Positions 10,681-19,221 of a DNA stretch of 44,745 nt are shown one piece after another. Source of the DNA: Gemmatimonadota bacterium (GTDB lineage Bacteria; Gemmatimonadota; Gemmatimonadetes; Palauibacterales; KS3-K002); assembly GCA_016209945.1 (NCBI GenBank), contig JACQVD010000009.1, positions 1 to 44,745 on the forward strand, in the 5' to 3' direction. Under the pieces are notes generated by a model. The model had not been told where the DNA came from, did no database searches, and saw only the letters and a list, made by a program, of their open reading frames with translations. Made by a program: the position numbers and the translations under genes. Position 1 is the first letter of the stretch, and every line of letters starts with the position of its first letter.

Positions 10681-10725
10681 CCCCTGCATCTCCCTGCACC
10701 TCCCTGCACCTCCCTGCACCTCCCT
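10681..10725. repeat. 10-bp tandem repeat (tccctgcacc) x4.5
   Basis: Directly visible between the convergent GTPase and apgM genes. Confidence 0.9.
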
Positions 10726-11935
10726 ACGCCCCGTACCTTGCCAGCCGTCCCGCATGCCCGAGCGCGAGGGGCATGATGTCGGTCGCGGGCAGCCGGCCTA
10801 GGCTCCCCCGCACGCACGCCCGCTCGGAGAACTCCACGAGCTCATCCGGACGGCAGTTCGAAGACCACAGGAGCAGCGGCACCGCGTGCCACGAATGCTG
10901 GCGGAGCCGGGCGGGAGTCGAGTGGTCGCCCGTGACGACGACGACATCCGGCTTGAGATCGAGAAGGCGCGGGAGCCGCGCGTCCACGTCCTCGATCGCG
11001 TTCACCTTCGCCTGGAAGTCGCCGTCCTCCCCCGCCCGGTCGGTGTCCTTCACGTGCAGGAACACGAAATCGTGGTCGGCCCAGACCTGAGGAACGGCGT
11101 CGAACTCTTCGTCCAACGTCGCGGCCGGCACGATCGTCGGCATTCCGAGGACGCGCGCCACCCCGCGGTACATGGGGTACGCCGCGATCGCCGCCGCCCG
11201 GAGTCCGTACACCGACCCGAACGAGGGCCAGGCCGGGAGCTGATCGAATCCACGGAGCACGACCATATTCGCATCCCGCTCCCCGCCCAACCGCGCGCGC
11301 GCGGCCGACACGAACGCTCGGACGAGCTCCGCCGTGGCCCGCGCCTCGGGCGTCCGCGGCTGCGGTTCGAGCGCCGGAACGCCCTCGCGGCCGGGATCCG
11401 TGTCCGTCACCTCGGCCGACAGGTCCGGTCCCCGAAGAACGAGAAGAAAACGGTGCTCCTTCACCGGCTCGACGAAGAGTTGCACGCCCGGAAGCTCGAT
11501 CGCTCGCAGCCGCTCGACGAGCGCACGGGCGCGCTCGCTGGAGAGCCTGCCGGCGCGGCGATCGACAACCGCACCAGCGGCATCCACGGAGCAGAAGTTG
11601 CCACGCGCCGCCACGTCGCCGGCGCCGAGAGCGAAGTCAACCCCCAGCGCCTCGAGCACGCCGCGCCCGATGCGGTAGCGGATCGGGTCGTAGCCGAAGA
11701 GAGCCAGATGCCCGACGCCGGAGCCGGGAGTGATGCCCGGCCCCACCGGGTCGTGGATTCCGAGCACGCCGCTCCTGGCGAGGGCATCGAGGTTCGGGGT
11801 GGACGCGGCCTCCAGTTCCGTCGGGCCCCGCTCGCGGAGGGGCAGCCCTCCCAGCCCGTCGAGGACGAGAAAGAGGATCTTCGTCCGCGCGTCGGTCCGA
11901 AGCGCCTGAAGGAACTCCAGATTTGGAGATGTCAT
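10724..11935 (-). CDS. apgM: 2,3-bisphosphoglycerate-independent phosphoglycerate mutase (ApgM type)
   Basis: LVLDGLGG, PGSGVGHLALFGYDP, HVKDTDRAGEDG, TGDHSTP motifs. Confidence 0.92.
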   Translation of the reverse strand: MTSPNLEFLQALRTDARTKILFLVLDGLGGLPLRERGPTELEAASTPNLDALARSGVLGIHDPVGPGITPGSGVGHLALFGYDPIRYRIGRGVLEALGVDFALGAGDVAARGNFCSVDAAGAVVDRRAGRLSSERARALVERLRAIELPGVQLFVEPVKEHRFLLVLRGPDLSAEVTDTDPGREGVPALEPQPRTPEARATAELVRAFVSAARARLGGERDANMVVLRGFDQLPAWPSFGSVYGLRAAAIAAYPMYRGVARVLGMPTIVPAATLDEEFDAVPQVWADHDFVFLHVKDTDRAGEDGDFQAKVNAIEDVDARLPRLLDLKPDVVVVTGDHSTPARLRQHSWHAVPLLLWSSNCRPDELVEFSERACVRGSLGRLPATDIMPLALGHAGRLARYGA

Positions 11936-12142
11936 CCGCGGCTCCGCGCTGCTGTTCCGGACCGGCACGGGCACTCTCCGGGCCGGCGCCGAACGTCGCA
12001 GGCGAGTCTATCCGCTCGGGGCCGAGCCGGCAATCGAGCCCGCCGCGCTTTGACGCGGGGCGCCGCCCCCCGTATATGAACGTGGCCTGCGGGCAACCGA
12101 AGCCCGCGGCAGCCTCTCAACCGCCTTGAGCCGGAGGTCACC

Positions 12143-12430
12143 ATGGCGACGTATGTCCTGCTCAGCAACCTGACGGACGAAGGCGCCAAGACTATCAAGA
12201 ACAAGCCCGAGCGAATCCGTGAGGTGAACAAGGAGATCGAGAAGCTCGGCGTGCGGGTCGCCGCTCAGTACGCGGTGCTCGGACCCTACGACTTCGTCAA
12301 CATCGTCGAGGCACCGGACAACGAGACGATCGCCCGCGTGTCGGCGGAATTGGCGTCCCGGGGCAGCATCAAGCTCATGACCCTGGCGGCGATCCCCGTG
12401 GACACCTTTATCGAGAGGCTCAAGAGGTAG
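12143..12430 (+). CDS. GYD domain-containing protein
   Basis: MATYVLLSNLTDEG...LGPYDFVNIVEAPD; GGAGG RBS. Confidence 0.9.
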   Translation: MATYVLLSNLTDEGAKTIKNKPERIREVNKEIEKLGVRVAAQYAVLGPYDFVNIVEAPDNETIARVSAELASRGSIKLMTLAAIPVDTFIERLKR

Positions 12431-12517
12431 AGGAGCCCGCCGAGGGCCGGGCGCCGCTGCGACCGGCCCGGAGCGCCTCCCACTGAGCCGAGGGCTGCAC
12501 GCAACCGGCCGTCCCCC

Positions 12518-12545
12518 TTGACTTTGGGGACGCCGTGCGTATGCT
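12518..12545 (+). promoter_or_regulatory. Candidate sigma70 promoter of the cold-shock gene
   Basis: TTGACT-N16-TATGCT about 200 nt upstream of the csp ATG. Confidence 0.6.
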
Positions 12546-12578
12546 TCTAACCTGCGGTTTCGTGCCGGCAAGCGTTGT

Positions 12579-12615
12579 GGAGACCTTGGCCGTGTGCTGA
12601 AAGGTCTCCTTTTTT
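12579..12615 (+). terminator. Terminator-like hairpin inside the csp leader (possible attenuator)
   Basis: GGAGACCTT...AAGGTCTCC 9-bp stem followed by T6. Confidence 0.65.
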
Positions 12616-12751
12616 CATGCCCGGCGCGAAGCGCGGCCGCGCGTAGGGTCCCTCCGAGGGACGGCGCGGGAGAGACGGCAAGGGTGCGGCGCGTCGTTCC
12701 CGACCCCTGCTCGTACACATTCACACTTTTCTTCATGGAGGGAGTCGGACG

Positions 12752-13024
12752 ATGTCCCGTACCACCGGCACCGTAAAGTGGTTCTCCAACGAGAAGGGCT
12801 ACGGCTTCATCTCGCGGGACGGTGCACCCGACGTGTTCGTCCACCACACGGCGATCCAGGGCGAGGGCTTCAAGACCCTCGTCGAGGGGGAGACCGTGGA
12901 GTTCGAGGTGACCCAGGACGGACGCGGCCCGAAGGCCCAGAACGTGGTTCGGCTGGATCCGCCTGCCACCGCTCCCCAGCGGGAGCGGTCGGGGGGCGGT
13001 ATGCGCCAGAGCCGCCGGTTCTAG
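12752..13024 (+). CDS. Cold-shock protein (CspA family)
   Basis: [15 protein letters not shown] (RNP1), DVFVHH (RNP2), GRGPKAQNV. Confidence 0.96.
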   Translation: MSRTTGTVKWFSNEKGYGFISRDGAPDVFVHHTAIQGEGFKTLVEGETVEFEVTQDGRGPKAQNVVRLDPPATAPQRERSGGGMRQSRRF

Positions 13025-13040
13025 GCCCAGGGGACCCAGA

Positions 13041-13084
13041 GGCGAAGCGCCCGGGGAATCGATTCCCCGGGCGCTTCGTTTTTT
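13041..13084 (+). terminator. Rho-independent terminator after csp
   Basis: Perfect inverted repeat cgaagcgcccggggaatc/gattccccgggcgcttcg followed by T6. Confidence 0.9.
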
Positions 13085-13121
13085 GGAGGACGGCCGCCCG
13101 GCCGAGACGACCGCTCTCCCG

Positions 13122-13147
13122 AGAACTTCCGCGGCGCTGGAAGCGTT
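13122..13147 (+). promoter_or_regulatory. Candidate ECF (SigR/SigH-type) promoter
   Basis: AGAAC-N18-GTT about 43 nt upstream of the ECF sigma ATG. Confidence 0.45.
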
Positions 13148-13189
13148 ACTCAGCCGGGCAGGCGGGCTACCCAGGTCCTGGAGAGGTCG

Positions 13190-13729
13190 ATGGGGGCGGC
13201 GTTCGAAGAGCTCGTTGGGGTGCACCTGAACGACCTGTATGGGACGGCCCTGTGCTGTACCGGGAGCCCGGAACGGGCCGAGGAGCTGCTGTGCGACGTG
13301 CTTCGCGAGACCTTCCACGAGTTCCCTCCTCAGGAGGGCGCGCAGGGCTTCCGCCTGTGGGTCCTGGAGATGCTCGCCCGAGCATGCTTGGAACGCGTGC
13401 GGCACCGGGGAACGCGCCCGTCGGGCGTCGCGGAAACGGCATCGGCTCCCGCGGAGATCGAGCCGGCTGCGCCGGGCGTGCGTCTCCCGGAGCCCGGGAC
13501 GCCCGCGTACGCGGCCGTGGGCGACATGCTCAGATCGGCGCTCCGCTCGCTGGACGTTGAGACTCGAATGTCGGTGTGGCTCGTGAACGTGCTCGGGCTT
13601 CGGTACCGGGAGGCAGCCCGATGCCTCGGCGTTTCCGTGCAGGACGTGATGGCCTCCCTCGCCCGAGGACGGCGCAGGTTGCACGCAGAACTGGCGGACA
13701 AACCGGGGAAAGCAGCAGGAGCTGTGTGA
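13190..13729 (+). CDS. ECF RNA polymerase sigma factor (divergent)
   Basis: Region 2 (HLNDLYGTAL..TG...AEELL, FRLWV) and region 4 (LRSALRSL...GLRYREAARCLG...LARGRRRL). Confidence 0.8.
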   Translation: MGAAFEELVGVHLNDLYGTALCCTGSPERAEELLCDVLRETFHEFPPQEGAQGFRLWVLEMLARACLERVRHRGTRPSGVAETASAPAEIEPAAPGVRLPEPGTPAYAAVGDMLRSALRSLDVETRMSVWLVNVLGLRYREAARCLGVSVQDVMASLARGRRRLHAELADKPGKAAGAV

Positions 13730-13737
13730 GGGGAAGG

Positions 13738-14520
13738 ATGCGCTGCGAGGAAGCCCGGACCTTTCTGGTCCCCGCGGACGAGCCGCGGATCGCGGATCGC
13801 GATGTGCTCCGTGCCATCGAGCATGCGGAGCGGTGCTCGAAGTGCGCCGCGTGGATCCAGCTTGACCGGCGTATGGCTCAGCTCATCCGCGAGACGTTCC
13901 CCCGCGATCCCGCCCCCCAAGAGGTGCGCGAGCGCGTGTACAGCGCGCTCGCGCGCGAGCGCGCCGGCGCCCCGGCCGGGGTCCGGCGGTGGCGCAGGCG
14001 CGGCCCCCGCGGACCCCGCGCCTCCCTGGCCGTGCTCAGCCTCGCCGCGGCCCTGACGCTCGTCGCCATCGCGACCCTCGAGATCGTGAGGCCCGGCGGC
14101 GCCCGGCAGCCGGGAACGGTCTTCGTGGAGGACTATCTCCGGAAGATGGTGGAGACGGAGGAGATCGTGTCCTCGGACCCGACGGCGGTGGCCGCGTTCC
14201 TCACCCGCGAGCTCGGCGTGCCGATCCGGCCCCCGGTTGTCCCCGGCGCGGAACTGAAAGCGGCCGAGATCTGCCTCGTCGGCGGCCGCCGCGGCGCGCT
14301 CCTCAAGTACACGATGGGCGGCCGGGAGCTGTCCTACTACGCGGTCAGGGGCGAGGGCCGCCTCGCCGGCCCGAAGCCCAGCGTGCAAACGGTGGAGTTC
14401 GCCTCCGCCAAGGCCCTCAGGCTCGTGCTCTGGTCGGACGGCGAATTCGACCACGCGGTGCTGAGCGATCTCCCCCCTGACTACCTGCTGACCTTCGCCC
14501 ACGCGGCCGGCGGATACTAG
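13738..14520 (+). CDS. Zinc-binding (zf-HC2) transmembrane anti-sigma factor
   Basis: MRCEEAR...HAERCSKC (HxxxCxxC), one TM helix, extracytoplasmic domain; follows the sigma gene. Confidence 0.85.
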   Translation: MRCEEARTFLVPADEPRIADRDVLRAIEHAERCSKCAAWIQLDRRMAQLIRETFPRDPAPQEVRERVYSALARERAGAPAGVRRWRRRGPRGPRASLAVLSLAAALTLVAIATLEIVRPGGARQPGTVFVEDYLRKMVETEEIVSSDPTAVAAFLTRELGVPIRPPVVPGAELKAAEICLVGGRRGALLKYTMGGRELSYYAVRGEGRLAGPKPSVQTVEFASAKALRLVLWSDGEFDHAVLSDLPPDYLLTFAHAAGGY

Positions 14521-14766
14521 TTAGGTGTCCGGCGGTGTCTCTCCGAAGAGATAGGCTCTCAGGTTCTTGAGAAGGAACTCCCGGGTTGATGCCTCGCGCA
14601 CGTCAAGCCGATAGTGATTGATGAGCTGCGTCTGGTGGCGCAGCCATTCGCTCCAGCACACCTGACAGATCTCTCGCTCAATGCGCGCGCCGAGTTCGCT
14701 GCGGAAGGGCGGCATCGTGAGGCCTTCCCGCTCCTCCTGGCAGCGCACGCAGCGCACGTCCGCCAT
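14521..14766 (-). CDS. yggX: Fe(II)-trafficking / oxidative damage protection protein
   Basis: GLTMPPFRSELGARI...CWSEWLRHQTQLINHYRLD...FLLKNLRAYLF. Confidence 0.88.
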   Translation of the reverse strand: MADVRCVRCQEEREGLTMPPFRSELGARIEREICQVCWSEWLRHQTQLINHYRLDVREASTREFLLKNLRAYLFGETPPDT

Positions 14767-14890
14767 TGAGCCTCCGCCTGCTGGTCATGGCGCGTCGGTG
14801 GGCTCCAATCGGAGTTGAGCCTCGTTCACCGGGCCGCGGCGCGCAAGAGGCGGGCAACCGCGTTGCCACGGTCTCCCGCCTGAGCCTAAG

Positions 14891-15688
14891 TTGTCGGCAG
14901 ACGTCGAGGGCGACTTGGCTTCCAACGAAAAAGAACAGGGGCAGGTTCGGGTTCGCTGCTTCGGCGAACTCCAGATCATGCGCCCCGACGGCACACACGT
15001 TCACCCGATGTTCATGCTGCCGCGGCGCGCGGCCCTTTTCCTCTATCTCGCGCTGGCCGATCCGCCAGGCGCGATTCCGCGCGACGAGCTCGCCCAGATG
15101 TTCTGGCCGTTCCAGTCGCCGGGCGCGGCCCAGCACGCGCTCGACAAATCGCTCTTCTCGCTCCGGCAATACGTCGGCGAGGTGTGGGAGACGGCGGACA
15201 GCGCGATCGTGATCGTCCGCGAGTCGCTCTGGTGCGACGTGTGGGTGTTCCGCGAGGCCATCGCGAACGGCGACCTGGAGCGCGCGACCGCCCTCTATCG
15301 CGGCCCGCTCCTCGAGCGACCGGGCCTGTTCGGCGCGGGCGAGTTCCAGATGTGGGTCGAAGAGGAACGCGAGCGCCTGCGACAGGCGGCGATCGGCTCG
15401 TTTGCGCGGCTGGCGCACCGCCAGGGTCAGACGGGGGCGTGGAAGGGCGCGGCACAGACGCTCCGGCAGGCGGCACGGGCCGAGCCGCTCGACGAGGCGA
15501 ACCTGCGCTGCCTTATGGTGACGCTGGTCCAGGCCGGGGACCGGGATGCGGCTTTGCGGGCGTACGAGCTTCTGAGGCGGCGCCTGGCGCTGCGCCACGG
15601 CCGAGAGCCCGAACGTGAAACCGAAACCCTCGCCGAGGTGATCGGCCGGGGCGCAACGCCTCCCCTTGAGCCCTTCCTACCGGCCTAG
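14891..15688 (+). CDS. SARP/BTAD-domain transcriptional activator
   Basis: VRCFGELQI, LFLYLALA...RDELAQMFWP, LYRGPLL...FQMWVEEERERL, EPLDEANLRCLM; start uncertain. Confidence 0.85.
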   Translation: MSADVEGDLASNEKEQGQVRVRCFGELQIMRPDGTHVHPMFMLPRRAALFLYLALADPPGAIPRDELAQMFWPFQSPGAAQHALDKSLFSLRQYVGEVWETADSAIVIVRESLWCDVWVFREAIANGDLERATALYRGPLLERPGLFGAGEFQMWVEEERERLRQAAIGSFARLAHRQGQTGAWKGAAQTLRQAARAEPLDEANLRCLMVTLVQAGDRDAALRAYELLRRRLALRHGREPERETETLAEVIGRGATPPLEPFLPA

Positions 15689-15692
15689 CACG

Positions 15693-15718
15693 GGAACGCC
15701 GCGCACGGGCCGCGAGTT
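15693..15718 (+). promoter_or_regulatory. Candidate ECF (SigR/SigH-type) promoter of the DoxX gene
   Basis: GGAAC-N18-GTT about 80 nt upstream of ATG 15799. Confidence 0.4.
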
Positions 15719-15798
15719 CGGAGAGTGGCGCCAGCGCTCACCGGTCGCCTGCGCGCCTGTCAAAACCCTCACACGTAATCGTACCCTAGGAGCGCGCG

Positions 15799-16245
15799 AT
15801 GCAAGCGAACGACACGGCTTCCCATCGCCTCACGATTCCGTTCCTTCGCCTGGGGCTCGGTGTCTTTCTGGCGCTATGGGGCGTGGACAAACTCGTGGCG
15901 ACGGACGGCGCCCTCGGGATCTTTCGGCGGTTCTACCTCATGGAGGTGGGCCAGGCGCTCGTGCAGGCGCTCGGCGTCCTCGAGATCCTTCTGGGGCTCG
16001 CGATCGTCTTCGGCTTCCTGCGCACTCTGTCCTACGGCCTCGGGCTCGCGGCGGACACCGTCTCGACCCTCGCCTCGTGGAAAGAGATCCTGGATCCGTG
16101 GGGTCTCATCTGGGGAGGTGGAAACGCGCACCTCTTCCTCGCGTCGATCCCCGTGCTGGCGGCGTTCGTGGTGCTCTTCCTGAATCGGCGGGACGAGGTC
16201 TGGGCCCTCGATGCACTTCGGGCCCGCCGCCCGGCGATCCCGTAG
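15799..16245 (+). CDS. DoxX-family membrane protein
   Basis: LRLGLGVFLALWGVDKL...GVLEILLGLAIVFG; four TM segments; AGGAG RBS. Confidence 0.85.
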   Translation: MQANDTASHRLTIPFLRLGLGVFLALWGVDKLVATDGALGIFRRFYLMEVGQALVQALGVLEILLGLAIVFGFLRTLSYGLGLAADTVSTLASWKEILDPWGLIWGGGNAHLFLASIPVLAAFVVLFLNRRDEVWALDALRARRPAIP

Positions 16246-16306
16246 GAGACATCGCCGGACGAAGGGCCCGACCGCGGCGACTTCAGGACCCCGCGGGGCG
16301 ACTAGG

Positions 16307-16819
16307 CTACTTCTTCTCCGCCGGAGCCGGCGCGGCCGCGGGCATCATCATCGGCGCGTCCTGGTTCCAGGTATCCGCCACGGCCTTCCAGGATCCGTCG
16401 GCCTGTTTGCGCAGAACCACCATGTACTTCCCGTTCTCTGTCTGCGTCATCCCAGCCGCGTCGGTCACGCTGTAGCTGTACGTCCCCACCTCGTAGGCCA
16501 GGCCGCCCTCACCGTAGGTTTCGACCGTGTTGACGGTGAGTGTGCCCCGCGGGCCCGCCATCCCGGTTTCGAAGAACTGACGGATCCCGTCGGCGCCCCG
16601 CATGAGTTCGGCGCCAGGCGGCAGGACGACGGCGTTGTCGGCGTAGGTCGCCACGAGCCCGTTCACATCCCCGGCATTGAACGCCTGCACGAACGCTTGG
16701 GTGAGACCCTTCACCTTCTCCAGCTCCTCCGCTGGAAGGGGGCCCGGAGCCTGCGGCGCGCACGCGGCCACCACGAGCGCGACCACCGCTGCGAAGGAAG
16801 TCTTTCGGTTCGACCTCAT
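16307..16819 (-). CDS. SnoaL/DUF4440 (NTF2-like) lipoprotein
   Basis: VAAC lipobox; FNAGDVNGLVATYADNAVVLPPG...GKYMVVLRKQADGSWK. Confidence 0.88.
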   Translation of the reverse strand: MRSNRKTSFAAVVALVVAACAPQAPGPLPAEELEKVKGLTQAFVQAFNAGDVNGLVATYADNAVVLPPGAELMRGADGIRQFFETGMAGPRGTLTVNTVETYGEGGLAYEVGTYSYSVTDAAGMTQTENGKYMVVLRKQADGSWKAVADTWNQDAPMMMPAAAPAPAEKK

Positions 16820-16931
16820 GCGAGCCTCCGACGTAGAAGAAGGTTGGGATTGGAATGACAAGGATAGCATGCGACCCTACCCTGAACCCGACCCACAGGC
16901 CAAGTCAAGTGGAACTGCCTCCACCCGTCCG

Positions 16932-16961
16932 TTGACCGCAGCCCTGGGCCGGTCCTACTGT
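16932..16961 (+). promoter_or_regulatory. Candidate sigma70 promoter
   Basis: TTGACC-N18-TACTGT upstream of 16994. Confidence 0.45.
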
Positions 16962-16993
16962 GCTCCGCCGGTATTGTCGTCGGTTGAGAACAC

Positions 16994-18178
16994 ATGAGTG
17001 CCCGAGGTAAACGGATGGCGCGTAGGCAGACGAGGCGCACGAGAGGGTCTCGAAGGCCCACCAGGAAAGCGGCGCAAGGCGCGGGCCTCAAGGATCGCCG
17101 GCGCGTCTTTCTTCTCATCGGAACGCGCATGGGCCTCTTCACCCTTGAGAGCGACCGCTCGCGGCGCAGATGGACCGTGCGCGGCCCCCATATGGCGGGC
17201 TACGAGATCTACCACGCGATCCTCGATCCGCGTGACCGGAAGCACGCCTACGCCGCGGCACGCCACAGTGTGTGGGGCGTACACTTCTACCGCAGCCCGG
17301 ACGCGGGCCGACACTGGGAGCTCATGGTGGAGACGCCCCATCACCCGCCGGAGCGAAAGCCTTCCTTGAAGGCGATCTGGTTTATCGCCCCCGGCCCGGC
17401 GAGTGAGCCGGAGACCATCTACGCGGGGATCGAACCGGCCGGGCTCTTCGTGAGCCGTGATCGCGGGACGAGCTGGACGCCCATCGGTGGGCTCAATGAC
17501 CATCCCACGAACTCCTCGTGGCAGCCGTCCGGCGGCGGGCTCGCCCTGCATTCGATCACCGTGGATCCTCACGATCCTGCGACCCTCTACGCGGCGATCT
17601 CGGCGGGCGGCGTCTACCGCTCCGACGACGGGGGTGCGACCTGGAAACCGAAGAACGCAGGGGTGCGCGCCGATTTCCTGCCCGCGAAGTACCCGGAGAC
17701 GGGCCACTGCGTCCACAAGATGGTTCTCCACCCTGCCCGCCCCGACCGTCTCTACCAGCAGAACCACTGCGGCACCTATCGGAGCGACGATCGCGGTGGG
17801 CACTGGGAGGAGATCACGGACGGGCTGCCCAGCGACTTCGGGTACCCCATCGCGGTCGATCCGAACGATCCCGACACGGCGTTCGTCATACCCGAGGAGA
17901 GCAGCCACGTCCGAACCACCGTAGCCGGCCGCCTCCGGGTGTACCGCACCCGCAACGCAGGCCGCAGCTGGACGGCGCTCACGCGGGGGCTACCGCAGGC
18001 CAACGTCTACGTCACGGTGCTCCGGGAGGCGATGGCCGCGGATGGCCTGGACCCGTGCGGGATCTATGTAGGGACTTCCAGCGGGCACCTCTTCGCGAGC
18101 CGTGACGGCGGCCACTTGTGGGATCTCATCGCCGGCTTCCTCCCCCGGATCCTGTCTGTCGAGGCGGCACTCCTCTAA
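16994..18178 (+). CDS. BNR/Asp-box beta-propeller protein (sialidase-like)
   Basis: Repeated S-x-D-x-G-x-x-W Asp boxes; QQNHCGTYRSDD and GLPSDFGYP motifs. Confidence 0.88.
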   Translation: MSARGKRMARRQTRRTRGSRRPTRKAAQGAGLKDRRRVFLLIGTRMGLFTLESDRSRRRWTVRGPHMAGYEIYHAILDPRDRKHAYAAARHSVWGVHFYRSPDAGRHWELMVETPHHPPERKPSLKAIWFIAPGPASEPETIYAGIEPAGLFVSRDRGTSWTPIGGLNDHPTNSSWQPSGGGLALHSITVDPHDPATLYAAISAGGVYRSDDGGATWKPKNAGVRADFLPAKYPETGHCVHKMVLHPARPDRLYQQNHCGTYRSDDRGGHWEEITDGLPSDFGYPIAVDPNDPDTAFVIPEESSHVRTTVAGRLRVYRTRNAGRSWTALTRGLPQANVYVTVLREAMAADGLDPCGIYVGTSSGHLFASRDGGHLWDLIAGFLPRILSVEAALL

Positions 18179-18381
18179 ACAAGCTCGGCACGGCCGCACC
18201 GGCTCGGTTCGAGCGCGCGAACATGGCGCCGCGGCTTCCGTCCCGGCGGCCAGGCAGCCCTGTCCTGACCTCCGTCATCCAATGAAGGGAAAGCCCCGGG
18301 ACGCGCCGGCGAGCCCGGCCTCTGACGCGCCCCGGCGAGGCCCACAACAGCTGGGAAGGATTCGGCGGAAGGGACGGAACG

Positions 18382-19200
18382 ATGCTCTCGAAGATGGCAC
18401 CGCTGGTCTTTGCGCTCACGCTGGGGCTGTCCGGGGACGATCCGCGTGCGTGCCTGGGCGTGCGGGTGCAGACATCGTGGAATCCGAAGACGGATTCCGT
18501 GGGCGCCCTGATCCAAGACGTCCTGCCGGACGGGCCCGCCGCCAAGGCGGGGGTCCGGGAGGGAGACGTGGTCGCCAGGTTCAACCGCGTCTCGCTCGGC
18601 GTCAAACCCGGCGACGAGGACCGTACACGCCCGGGACGCCGACTCGTCGAACTGGCCAGGAGCCTGGAGCCGGGCGACACCGTCAACCTGGAGGTGCGGC
18701 GGGATGGCGAGACGCGGTCGCTCACCCTGGTCGCCGCGCGGTGGTCGCAGTGCTTCCCGCGGGAGGCGCGTCGCGAGCTGCGTATCCGTGTGCCGGAGAT
18801 CCCCGACCTTCACTTCGAACTGCCGGACCTCGAGGGGCTGTGGGGGCTTCGCGGCCGCGGGCTCCTGTGCGTCGGTCTTGGCCGTGACGGTGCCGGGCTC
18901 CTCCTCGTGCCGCTCAATCGCGATCTGGGCGGCTACTTTGGTGCCGAGGAAGGGATCCTCGTGGTGCGCGTCCCGGATGACTCACCGCTGAAGCTCCGGG
19001 CCGGCGACGTCATCCTCTCGATCGACGGTCGCAAGCCCCGCGACCCGGAACACGCGATGCGGATCCTCCGGTCGTATGAGCCCGAGGAGAGTGTGAGGTT
19101 CGAGGTCCTGCGGCAGAAGAAGACGACGAGCGTCGAAGGAAAGATCCCGGAGCGGCTGGGGTTCCGCTGGTTCTGGCCACGCTGGGAGGAAGATCCGTGA
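18382..19200 (+). CDS. Secreted tandem-PDZ domain protein
   Basis: Signal peptide; GALIQDVLPDGPAAKAGVREGDVV and LKLRAGDVILSIDG PDZ motifs. Confidence 0.85.
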   Translation: MLSKMAPLVFALTLGLSGDDPRACLGVRVQTSWNPKTDSVGALIQDVLPDGPAAKAGVREGDVVARFNRVSLGVKPGDEDRTRPGRRLVELARSLEPGDTVNLEVRRDGETRSLTLVAARWSQCFPREARRELRIRVPEIPDLHFELPDLEGLWGLRGRGLLCVGLGRDGAGLLLVPLNRDLGGYFGAEEGILVVRVPDDSPLKLRAGDVILSIDGRKPRDPEHAMRILRSYEPEESVRFEVLRQKKTTSVEGKIPERLGFRWFWPRWEEDP

Positions 19201-19221
19201 GGGCGCGCGTAGCGACCCGCG

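Noticed and set aside
5730-10801. Long antisense or off-frame ORFs (e.g. 5730-7604, 7457-8689, 8690-10801, and similar ones elsewhere)
   Set aside because: Shadow ORFs expected in high-GC DNA; no motifs, and they overlap clear genes
14765-14890. Three TGAGCCT direct repeats upstream of the SARP gene
   Set aside because: Irregular spacing, unlike the 11-bp periodic heptamers of SARP sites; one overlaps the yggX RBS
16911-16933. GGAAC...GTT ECF-like promoter
   Set aside because: The spacer is only 15 nt, and a sigma70-type promoter explains the region better
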